Origin: Octopus vulgaris
Taxonomy: Eukaryota
Assembly (NCBI GenBank): GCA_951406725.2
Contig: OX597818.1
Coordinates: forward strand, 46,934,001-46,998,000
Direction: 5' to 3'
DNA length: 64,000 nt
This document shows, piece after piece, positions 41,501-52,198 of the stretch. A program made the translations under genes and the position numbers. The notes beneath the pieces are model-generated. The model saw nothing but the letters and a program-made list of their open reading frames with translations, searched no databases and was not told the DNA's origin. Each line of letters starts with the position of its first letter. Position 1 is the stretch's first letter.

Positions 41501-42449
41501 AACGTTTGTCTAGGATATAAAACTGTAGGAGCTTGAGCTACTACAAATAGCAGCAAAATCTCTCTTAAAATACACCCTTTCATCAAAAGAAAGACACGGA
41601 TTTACAGTATTTCAGGAAGAAGAAAGCTATGCGATGGGTCTGCTACATCAGAGGCAACTCTGTTCTAAGCAAAACACAGACAAACATACTTCACATTAAA
41701 AGATTATCTACTAAATAATACTAATAAAGTTGACGGTAAAAATCCGTGCATTTTAAGATTGTTCAGGCAGAGTTGCCTCTCTTAGCTAAAGATCGCAAAA
41801 TTGTGCGACCCGACCTCGTTTTCGAGGTTATTTTTATAGAGAAAAAGAACTATGCAAAAACCATACTTTATTTGGTAGCCGAAAGATTACTGAATCTTTT
41901 GATACCTCATACATCAAAATCGGTAACTTAGTTTTCGAATCCACAAAAAACAAACACATACACACACAAAAACTCTATTTTATTATATAAGAAATACATG
42001 CATACATATATGTCGATAAATAGATAAATATTAACACACACACACATTTGATGATTCGTTATCCGAAATTTTTCGAACCGAATATGCTTTGGATTCGAGA
42101 GTATGCATGGGACCCAAACCTAAAAAAATTTATCCGTTTACGACTGATAATTCAGTTTAAATATAATACTCTGAAAGTCTCGATGCTAGTCCACTTTTGC
42201 TTGACATATAAACAATTCAGTTTAGGAGCGTATTGCTTTTCACTAATAGAAATGCACCTATTATAGCTCATGTCAGTTCGCCGTTCGCATGAAACTACGC
42301 CTAACCTTCACTTTATACTTAGCTAAATCATCCTTATTCATTTTTTAAGAATTTTTCCAAGCGAATTCAGGATGTTTTCGTTCGTCAAACTTCCCTCTCG
42401 AAAGAATTCAGAGGATTTTAAAGTTTTTTTCGGATATTGGAATTTAAGA

Positions 42450-42838
42450 TGGATGGAAGCACTCCGTCTGTTACGACGATGAGGGTTCCGGTTGATTCGA
42501 ATCAACGGAACAGCCTGCTCGTGAAATTAACGTGTAAGTGGCTGAGCACTCCACAGACACGTGTACCCTTAACGTAGTTCTCGGGGATATTCAGCGTGAC
42601 ACAGAGAGTGACAAGGCCGGCCCTTTGAAATACAGGAACAACAGAAACAGGAAGTAAGAGTGAGAGAAAGTTGTGGTGAAAGAGAACAGCAGGGATCACC
42701 ACCGTCCCCTGCCGGAGCCTCGTGGAGCTTTAGGTGTTTTCGCTCAATAAACACTCACAACGCCCGGTCTGGGAATCGAAACCGCGATCCTATGACCGCG
42801 AGTCCGCTGCCCTAACCACTGGGCCATTGCACCTCCGG
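42450..42838 (-). mobile_element. SINE family C2 (C1-like head, different 3' module). Related mosaics at about 30045-30315(-), 35600-35865(-), 44395-44710(-), 55635-55970(+), 57275-57622(-) and 58833-59025(-)
   Basis: Head GGAGGTGCAATGGCCCAGTGGTTAGGGCAGCGGACTCGCGG...GGTTTCGATTCC, with shared tail modules. Confidence 0.8.
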
Positions 42839-42859
42839 AATTTAAGATAAATTCATTTC

Positions 42860-43250
42860 AAAAGACAAAATTGCACCTAAAATTGAGATTAGCAAACTGT
42901 TGTATTACGCAAACTGTTCTCCTCGGAGCAGAAACTTGGACAATGTACACAGCTATGTAGAAAAACCTAGAAGCCTTTGAGATGTAAATCTTTTGCAGAT
43001 TGGGCTGGTTAAGCTAGAAATACAGGGTAACAAATGTTGTAGTATTAGAAAAACTGAAAGTTCAAAGGCATCTATTCTCAAGAATCAAGTGTACAAAGTT
43101 TTCCTATTTTGGATATACAATGCCACAAGTCACTGCTTAAGACCGCCCTGACAGGAAGGGCTGAGAGGAAGAGAGCAAGCGGTCGTTAAAGACATTTGTG
43201 GACTAACAACATCAAAGAATGAACTTGAAGCATGAGCTTGGCTGCTTGTA
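42860..43250 (+). mobile_element. Old RTE LINE fragment
   Basis: KLRLANCCITQTVLLGAETWT, LEAFEM and KVFLFW/YFG remnants. Confidence 0.6.
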
Positions 43251-43769
43251 TGCACGCAGTACAACACAGCTGAATTCAGCTGAATACACGTCATTGGTTG
43301 GTTGAAATTACGGAAATAGGACAACTTTAACGGGAAATAACATTCTAAAAATAAGTTTTTCTCAAAAATGCTAAGAGTAAAAGATATTTTATATGACACA
43401 TCCTACCAGTATCCGAAGTTTGAAAGTGTTTAGTTACAAAAAATTATTTTTTAAATCTGTCGGTCAAAAGGTAAATATCCTTAGATGAGTACTGGGATCG
43501 ATGTAATCGATTTGGCTTCTCTCCCGAAATTGCTGGCCTTGTGCCAGAATTTGAAATCATTACTAATGGCGTGATAACTCTCTCATGACATAACAAACTT
43601 TAGCATTACAAAATTAAAACTGCAAATTCTTAATTTCATTTACTAATTGATAACTAAACGACAGGTATCCTTGATGTGATGTAGGTGAGGTAGAAGTTAT
43701 TATTAGTTGGTTAGTAGCGATATGATGCTCCACTGGTCCTTCCCTCTCACTCGAAGAAATCTGACGAGA

Positions 43770-44365
43770 TGGCGAGCTGGCAGAAACGTTAGCACCCCGG
43801 ACGAAATGCTTAGCGGTATTTCGTCTGCCGTTACGTTCTGAGTTCAAATTCCGCCGAGGTCGACTTTGCCTTTCATCCTTTCGGGGTCGATAAATTAAGT
43901 ACCAGTTACGCACTGGGGTCGATGTAATCGACTTGGTCTCTTTGTCTGTCCTTGTTTGTCCCCTGTGTGTTTAGCCCCCTGTGGGCAGTAAAGAAATAGG
44001 TATTTCGTCTGCCGTTACGTTCTTGGTTCAAATTCCGCCGAGGTCGACTTTGCCTTTCATCCTTTCGGGGTCGATAAATTAAGTACCAGTTACGCACTGG
44101 GGTCGATGTAATCGACTTGGTCCCTTTGTCTGTCCTTGTTTGTCCCCTGTGTGTTTAGCCCCCTGTGGGCAGTAAAGAAATAGGTATTTCGTCTGCCGTT
44201 ACGTTCTGGGTTCAAATTCCGCCGAGGTAGACTTTGCCTTTAATCCTTTCGGGGTCGATAAATTAAGTACCAGTTACGCACTGGGGTCGATGTAATCGAC
44301 TTGGTCCCTTTGTCTGTCCTTGTTTGTCCCCTCTATGTTTAGCCCCTTGTGGGCAATAAAGAAAT
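43770..44365 (+). mobile_element. SINE family B (MetaSINE-like), trimeric copy with 16-bp TSD
   Basis: Head TGGCGAGCTGGCAGAAACGTTAGC, B box GAGTTCAAATTCC and core CCTTTCATCCTTTCGGGGTCGATAAATTAAGTACCAG. Three 184-bp units. TSD AAGAAATCTGACGAGA at 43754 and 44366. Confidence 0.88.
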
Positions 44366-45114
44366 AAGAAATCTGACGAGACTGAGAAAAAGAGCTGGCA
44401 CTCCGTCGGCTACGACGATGAGTGTCCCAGTTGATCTGATCAACGGAAGAGCCGGTTTGTGAAATTAACGTGAAAGTGGCTGAATACTCCACAGACCGCG
44501 TACTCTTAGTTCTCAGGGAGATTCAGCGTGACACAGAATGTGACAAGGCTGACTGTTCGAATTATAGATACAACCCATGTTTTACAAGCTGAATTAACAG
44601 GAACGAAGTGAAATAAAGCGTCTTGCTCGAGGACGCAACGGGCCGCGGGTATCGAACTCACGACCTTACGATCGCGAGCCGAATACCCTAACCACTAAGC
44701 CACGCACCATCACTGGCGTGATTGAGAAACTAAGTCAACAGCAGATTGCTTATCAATGTCATCAGCAGGTCTAGCAGCTAGAAAAGGGTTAGGACGAATT
44801 GGCTTGGACAATGAATTGAGTTTCAGTTGTATATCTTGTAGATAGTGTTTCAAAGTAATGAGTTTCCTTAAACAGCTTCGAAAAGAAATCCTAGCTGCAA
44901 AATATGTCATATTCTACCGTTCTGATATACGTGAAAAGCTAAATTTGCTGAACAAACAATAACAAGATAAAAATATAAATCATTTAATTTGAAGAGAGAT
45001 TACTACTGCTTTCTTTGAAAAAATTAATCTATTCAGGGTAAATATTAGGCGCAATGAGTCGATGTACTTTCAAACCTTTGTCTCGACTGAGGAGAAGCTG
45101 CAATAAGAAGATTA

Positions 45115-45865
45115 TTTAGTGTACACTGAACATAATAAGGATCTAGAGAATCTTATCCTGCCAGTCAAGAAAGAGAGTGAGAAATTTGGGCTGTACCTCA
45201 ATGACAAGAAAACGAAGATCATGTCTACAGCAGCCACAACAAACATCAGCATCAAGATCGATAATGAAGAGATCGAAGTGGTTGATGATTTCATCTTCCT
45301 TGGCTCCAAAATAAATCGAGATGGTAACTGCACTCCAGAAATAAGGCGGCAGATAGCACTAGGCAGAGAGGCAAAAGGTCTGGAAGAGTAGAGACATCAG
45401 CCTCGCTACCAAATGCAGATTGGTGAATGCAATCGTCTTCCCAATAGCAACATATGGATGCGAGACTTGGACACTAAAGAAAGCTGACCAGAAGAGAATT
45501 AATGCATTCGAACTTTGGTGTTGGAGAAGACTTTTACGGATTCCATGGATAGCGAGGCTCACCAATGGAGAAGTTCTTAACCAGATCAAGCCGAAACTGT
45601 CGCTAGAAGCTAGGATCACCAAGCATAGATTGGCATATTTTGGTAATATGCGGAGAAAATCCCTGGAGAAGGACATCATGCTCGGAATGGTCAGTGGCAA
45701 GAGAGGAAGAGGCCGACCAAGAACCCGCTGGATCGACACCATTAAGAACGACACGGGAATGGCCATAGCCAATCTGAAAGAAGCGACCAAGGATAGAACT
45801 GGTTGGAGAACACTGATCCATTGAGTAACCGAGAGTCGACTTCGACTGAGCGATATAGATAGATA
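45115..45865 (+). mobile_element. RTE-clade LINE, 5'-truncated, fairly young
   Basis: GLYLNDKKTKIM, FIFLGSKI, VFPIATYGCETWTL, FELWCWRRLLRIPW and GKRGRGRPRTRWID. Short 3' UTR ending in (GATA)n. Confidence 0.9.
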
Positions 45866-46077
45866 GAACATTTGAAAAAATTGTACAATAATATGGATAT
45901 TATGTTCCAATATCTCCTGGAAACGAACATTCCAAGTTACGTGGTAGATCCATCTGGAACAAAAGCACCTGATGTTGGTGTCAGACTAAACGAAAGTCTT
46001 ACTGAATCACACGGTGACCAAACTGCTCAAACTGAATTTAATCATGGGCTCAATAACTTATGGACAAGTAGTGAAAA

Positions 46078-46470
46078 TGGCTGTGTGGTAAGTAGCTTGC
46101 TTACCAACCACATGGTTCTGGGTTCAGTCCCACTGCGTGGAATCTTGTGCAAGTGGCTTCTACTATAGCCTCGGGCCGACCAAAGCCTTGTGAGTTGATT
46201 TGGTAGATGGAAACTGAAAGAAGCCCGTCGTATATATGTATATATGTGTGTGTGTATGTTTGTGTGTATTTGTCCCCCTAGCATTGCTTGACAACCGATT
46301 CTGGTGTGTTTATGTCCCCGTCACTTAGCGGTTCGGCAAAAGACACCGATACAATAAGTACTAGGCTTACAAACAATAAGTCCTGGGGGTATATTTGCTC
46401 GATTAAAGGCGGTTATCCAGCATGGCCGCAGTCAAATGACTGAAACAAGTAAAAAGTAAAAGAGTAAAAG
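46078..46470 (+). mobile_element. SINE family A, full-length
   Basis: Same head, core and tail as the other family A copies. Confidence 0.85.
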
Positions 46471-46988
46471 AATAGAATAATATAAAATAAATGTACAATT
46501 AACAGGCATTGATATTCTTATAGTGTTTATTACATTATTAATTTTAAAAATCACCTTTGAAATATTGTTTAATGTATCTTATAAATATTTTGCTAAAAAA
46601 TTTTCATTACAAATTATCAATTTTTAAATATCCTTTGAAATAAATTTCCCGATAAAAGAATTAATTTAAAGCAATATTTAAAATTTCGTTATTATTTAAT
46701 TGATTTTACAAATTTTATTTTTACTAAATGTTTTTAATTTTCTTTCAAAAGTGACATGCTTTTTTTTTTTCATATACCATTCATTACAAAATTTAGATAC
46801 TTTTTTCGCTATTAATGTCACAAAAAAATTAAAGATTATAGGAGAGAGGCATAAATAAAAAAGACTTGGGATTCACTGGCGTTCTTCATCCTCGCTGTCC
46901 CCAACGAGAACTTCAATCAATATTTCTTCTCTGAACACTCAGAATCTACAACCACTCGTTGTTTTGTAGTCAGTTTCTGACCAAGTCA

Positions 46989-47163
46989 GAGGCGTGGGAG
47001 TGGCTGTGTACTAAGTAGCTTGCTTACGAACCATATGGTTCCGGGTTCAGTCCCACTGCGTGGCACCTTGGGCAAGTGTCTTCTACTATAGTCCTGGGCC
47101 AACCAAAGCCTTGTGAGTGGATTTGGTAGACGGAACCTGAAAGAAGCCCGCCGTATATATGTA

Positions 47164-47209
<46 letters not shown>

Positions 47210-47402
47210 TGTTTGTCCCCCAACATCGCTTGACAATCGATGCTTGTGTGTTTATGTTCCCGTAACTTAGCAGTTCGGCAAAATAACCGATAGTACTAGG
47301 CTTACAAAGAATAAGTCCTGGGGTCGATTTGCTCGATAAAGGCGGTGCTCCAGCATGGCCACAGTCAAATGACTGAAACAAGTGAAAGAGTAAAAGAGTA
47401 AG
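46989..47402 (+). mobile_element. SINE family A, full-length
   Basis: Same head, core and tail; AAGTC on both flanks is a possible TSD. Confidence 0.85.
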
Positions 47403-47546
47403 TCTTTTTTTTAACCTTTTGACAATGAAAATTCATTGCTTTGAATCTTTCCCAATCGTATTTTGTCTCTTTATCGTACAGACGTTTCTTCTAAGTATTG
47501 TCGAGAGTAAAAGTCTTCAGTGACTTCTAAGAAATTACTGAATGAA

Positions 47547-47829
47547 ATAGAGTAGTTGTATACTGTCAACTTAATGTGACAGTCCCATGAAGGGAATCAC
47601 ACCACTAGGCCATGCTACTCCAGACTGATGATGTGCAAAGACTCAGAAACTAGTCTCTGGATGCAGGCTTAGCTGAGTGGAGGTGCTTGTCTCCCCCTTG
47701 TAAACATAAGGACACAAGAAATGTGTCAAGGCTGACAGGAAGCGTTGATGCTTCCTAGGGCTAAATAGCAGTGGTGTGATTCCCTTCATGGGACTGTCAC
47801 ATTAAGTTGACAGTATACAACTACTCTAT
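47547..47829. mobile_element. Fold-back element: perfect 60-bp inverted repeats around a hammerhead-containing 163-bp spacer (probably PLE-derived)
   Basis: 47547-47606 is the exact reverse complement of 47770-47829. Confidence 0.8.
47609..47668 (+). ncRNA. Minimal type I hammerhead ribozyme (Penelope-type)
   Basis: TCCAGA-CTGATGA-TGTGCAAAGACTCA-GAAA-CTAG-TC-TCTGGA: perfect 6-bp stem I, complete core, palindromic short stem III (ACTAGT), GUC cleavage triplet. Stem II has one T-T mismatch. Confidence 0.8.
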
Positions 47830-47949
47830 CGTACCACTACTGCTTATATCTCTCTGAGATATTTAGAAATGTAATATTTCTATTTTTATAATCTCTGAAT
47901 TAAATATTATATATTTAAGGATGTAATTCTTGATACCATTGAGAGTGCT

Positions 47950-49080
47950 TTACCTTTGTGTATCTTTCCTAAGATCTTGCTCCTCTGCTACCACGAGAAC
48001 TTCATCTGAAATATCTTACTTGGTGTAAGCTACAATTATACATTGATTTATTGACTGGATCATGCAGGTAACACGTAGTGGTGAGAACATGCACCCTATT
48101 TTACCATCATTACTGGAGAGCTGGTGGTCACCTGAGTGAACGGGTTCATTTTTATGGGGCTTTCACCTCATCAGCAACCTGTTTGAAGATATCCTCATGC
48201 TACTTACGTGCTTCAAGAATGAAATGCGAGGAAAAGCACTCATGAAGGATATGCATGTTGGGCTATGATTAATGAAATGGTAATAATGTTCTGGTAGCTG
48301 GTGCATTATGCTTCAAAACTCTTAGATACGTTACTTCTTTAAGACTGCCAGTTATATAGGGCACATACCATCGACTTTCGCACAATACAACACCAAAATT
48401 ACATTCTTTACTTAATTTAAGACGAGCTATGAAGGTTTCATTCATGAAAGCAAGCTTTCAAGAATGAAACCAGTAACCGCCAATAATCCCATTTCTGGTC
48501 TGTTATATATTTGGGGGATAAAGTAATCCAATTCCTTCCAAGATGTTTTGATTTATTCGATTCGGTGCATTACATGCTTTGCCATTTATAATTTTATTAA
48601 TCATTCTGTCAAGAATTCTAAATCGCCATAAATAATCTTCACTGGCTTCAAACTTTTTGAAGCTTATATAGCTTGCTAGGCAGCAACACATGGAATTTCT
48701 ACTCCACAGATTGTCACCACAGGATTCTTGATGGATAACTCTTTTTGTCATTGCCACTTTAAATCTATATCTTTTGCAAATCCCTTATGTTTCCTTCCAC
48801 CAATAGAGAATGATTTATAATTTATTCTTTAATGCGTTTCAGCTACGCAGCTGCAAATAAGCTGGTTGCATCAATGTATTTCAAAGTTAAACAGTTGGTA
48901 TTTAGTCCAATATATAACTGAAACTGTTTGCTTGTTAACATGATACTCTTCACAAACTCTTGTCACCGAAGAACCAGTCTCTAATTTCTATAAGTTCCAG
49001 TTTCTGGTTCGCCAATATAATCACATGCTTCTTTGGATTATTATTCTCTCCTGAAGCCACAACGTAAAATGCAAAGCTAA
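47950..49080 (-). mobile_element. Tigger/pogo (Jerky/CENP-B-like) transposase fossil
   Basis: KKHVIILANQKLELIE / LETGSSVTRVCEEYHVNKQTVS (HTH), FEASEDYLWRFR and an NAPA motif. Multiple frameshifts and stops. Confidence 0.75.
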
Positions 49081-51056
49081 AAGATGTCGAATCAGAGAAA
49101 TAAATATTCTTTTCTACTCTAGGCACAAGATTCGAAATTTTGGGGGAGTGGGCTAGTCGATTAGATCGACCCCAGTACGCAACTAGTACTTAATTTATCA
49201 ACCCCGAAAAGATGAAAGGCAAAGTCGACCTCGGCGGAATTTGAACTCAAAACGTAAAGACAGACGAAATACCACTAAGTATTTGATGCTATGGTGTTGA
49301 GTCTACTTGTCTGGTGTAAGTATTATTTAAAGATAAGCATACAAACTTTAAGTTATTCATGAGGGCATCCTAATAGGTTTGAAAGCAATTTTCGATCAGA
49401 TTATATAATGATACCAATTATTATAAAGAAAATCAGATCCACTGAATAAAACTTCAACGATTTATTCATATTTCTCATCTGGGATTCATAATGTGTTTAG
49501 CGGGGAGTGTGAAAGCGAATAAGAAAATATGACTTTTGCATGAATTACAACTTGAATACAGATAGAAGGAAGTAAGGAGAAGAGGGATATATGAATTCGA
49601 ATAGTTGGCGAATTAAAAGGCTAATTAGTTAGAAGGAAATAAGGAATACTGGAAAGAAACTATATATATCTTAGTGAGCAATGTAAAAGCGAGTAGTAAG
49701 AAACATATAAAATGTCGCTCGCATTCGGTCGATCCTTATATTCATCACTCATCCATTATCTTGTCATCCATTTAGTGCATATCATGATACACTTAGCTGT
49801 AGTGTATGCAGTGCTATCTCAAAACAATAATCACAACATTTCATAATAAGTAACATAAAATTTAATTTCCTTATGATTTGTAGCAGATTTATACTGTAAT
49901 TCGAACTTGGAAGTTTTTGGTTTCTAAACATGAAAGTTGTAATCGGTATTTTGCCACGTCAGCGAAAAATCTGGCCAGTGGGTTTTCTACGAATATATTT
50001 AATCGGGTCAAAACAACTCGCAGACGTGATAACATCAAGAAAAGTCAGATCAATGACACTCAACAACTACATATCAAATTCTTCTACAAGCGTTATCAAA
50101 AATTCTGACGACTCCAAAAATGGTTGACTGAAAATCAGTGAAGCTTTGATAATTCTAGTCACAGCTTATAAAAAGAGTAGGGAACATCAGACAGTGGAAC
50201 AGAGTCAGACAAACATGATCCGGTCAGTGAAGAAGCGACCGGGTACCCGAAACAAGATGATGTTAGCAGGTAAAGATAATAGAAGCTAAGTGATAATTGA
50301 GAGCAACGATGCATGCTTGCGAATGAAATTCCTTCTCTAACCTGATACTTCCACCAAAAGGCCACCAGGATTTCTCTCAAGGAAATACGTTTGGCTGATT
50401 CTGCTATGATTGTCAGCAAAATATGAACGCTTCACTAGCTAACGACACTAGTATATCAATATTAATCACGCACAGAAAAATTCTTACATGCTATTATGAA
50501 ATGGGACCGGTTTTACTTTCCTTTCTGTTTTTCCCTTCTTTCTTTATTTATTTTTGTTCTTTTTTTTTTTGCCCTATCGGACGAACGCGCCTGGTTTTCC
50601 TTTCAATCATAATAAATATATGATTAAATACTGACTTCAATAACTTTTTGCCTCTGGGTCATCTTCATCATATCATTTCAGACCCGTAATTATACTATGG
50701 AGTGAGCATGACATTATGATGAATTTACTATTTATGTTGGTATGCCGCGGTCACCTAGTACAACTAGAATAAGCGCCCCCACACTTTCGGTACTCAAAGA
50801 TGGTGACAGTCAGTCTCTTGCTGACAGCCACTCCGTTAACTCGGATATCGTCCGGTTTATCCGGTTTACTCAATATCTCACATAACGGGATGCTGTTTCA
50901 TTTGTAATTACTTATCGAAACCCTTTTCTTGATTACGTTTAATAATTATGTTTCTCTAGGTGTATCAGTACGTGTGTGCACGCGAGAGTGTCTAATTAGA
51001 GTCCATAGATTAGATTAGATTAGACAGATAGACAGACAGACAGACGGATAGATAGT

Positions 51057-51112
<56 letters not shown>

Positions 51113-51699
51113 CTCACATTTATTATTATAATTATCTTTGTTGTTATTGTAATTATTATATGTAATCGACTTCTCCCCTCCCTGAATTTGCTGGCCTTGT
51201 GCCGAAATTTGAAACCATTGGGCGAAATGCTTCGCAGTATGCTTCGCGAAATGCTTCGCCTGTCGCTACGTTCTGAGTTCAAATTCCGCTGAGGTCGACT
51301 TTGCCTTTCATCCTTTCGGGGTCGATAAATTTAGTACCAGTGAAAGACATTGGGGTTCGATGTAATCGACTCACCCCCACTCCCAAAAAATGGCTGCCCT
51401 TGTGGCAAAATTTGAAACCATTATTGTTGTTGCATGTCCTTTTATGTATATTTATATTAACCCTTGTGACCAATAAAAGAATAAATTATTATTAGATATT
51501 ATTGAGCTACACAAGAAACTTCTAATTACATGATGAAAAATAAACATTTATATGAATACATTTACTCTTCAAAATGATATTTTTTTCAAAATCCTTTAAG
51601 AAACTGCTTTTAATATAATAGCCAGGCTAGCATGAACGAAAAATGTGAATGGACTGCGAGGACCACCTCTCAAACATGAAACAAATAGCATAGGAGGGA

Positions 51700-52198
51700 T
51701 GTATTGGTATATTTATTGCTAGACAGTATTTAAGTCACAGAGCTGGTAGATTGGGGCGGTGGTAGATCTTCAGAGATATGTAAGGGGGCGGTTATCAAAG
51801 TTATTCCATTACAAAAACATCACTGCTGTTTAGTAACACTTCAGCTTATATAATTCTACCAGCACTAACAAATAATCCATGATCTTTAATCAATAACGTA
51901 AATAGAATATATCAAAAGGTAAATCTATTAATTAACTGCTTCAAAGTCCGTTTTAGATATAGAGAATGTATGTTTGTGTAAGGAGCGGTCCCTGGCTAAC
52001 GTCTATTAAAACTGTATGAAGCTATATGATTTGGTGTAAAGGGAATGTCGTCAGAGCGGCGGGAGGGAGTCCGTTCATTCAACAGCACCAATGGCGGAAC
52101 AGCAGTGCTCGTGCATTAACTGATGATTCGTTGTCCATTGCCCGTTGATTTCCATAGCCAATCACCATGAATAAGTGTGAATTTAACCCAATGTAAGT
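51700..52198 (+). promoter_or_regulatory. Candidate promoter and first exon of an unidentified plus-strand gene
   Basis: Two GC boxes (GGGGCGG about 51753 and 51785), a CpG-richer stretch at 52040-52150, CCAAT, Kozak-like CACCATG at 52167 (MNKCEFNP) and a strong donor AT|GTAAGT at 52193. No downstream exon confirmed. Confidence 0.4.

Noticed and set aside
47950-49080. Possible functional TIGD/Jerky gene
   Set aside because: Numerous stops and frameshifts; fossil only.
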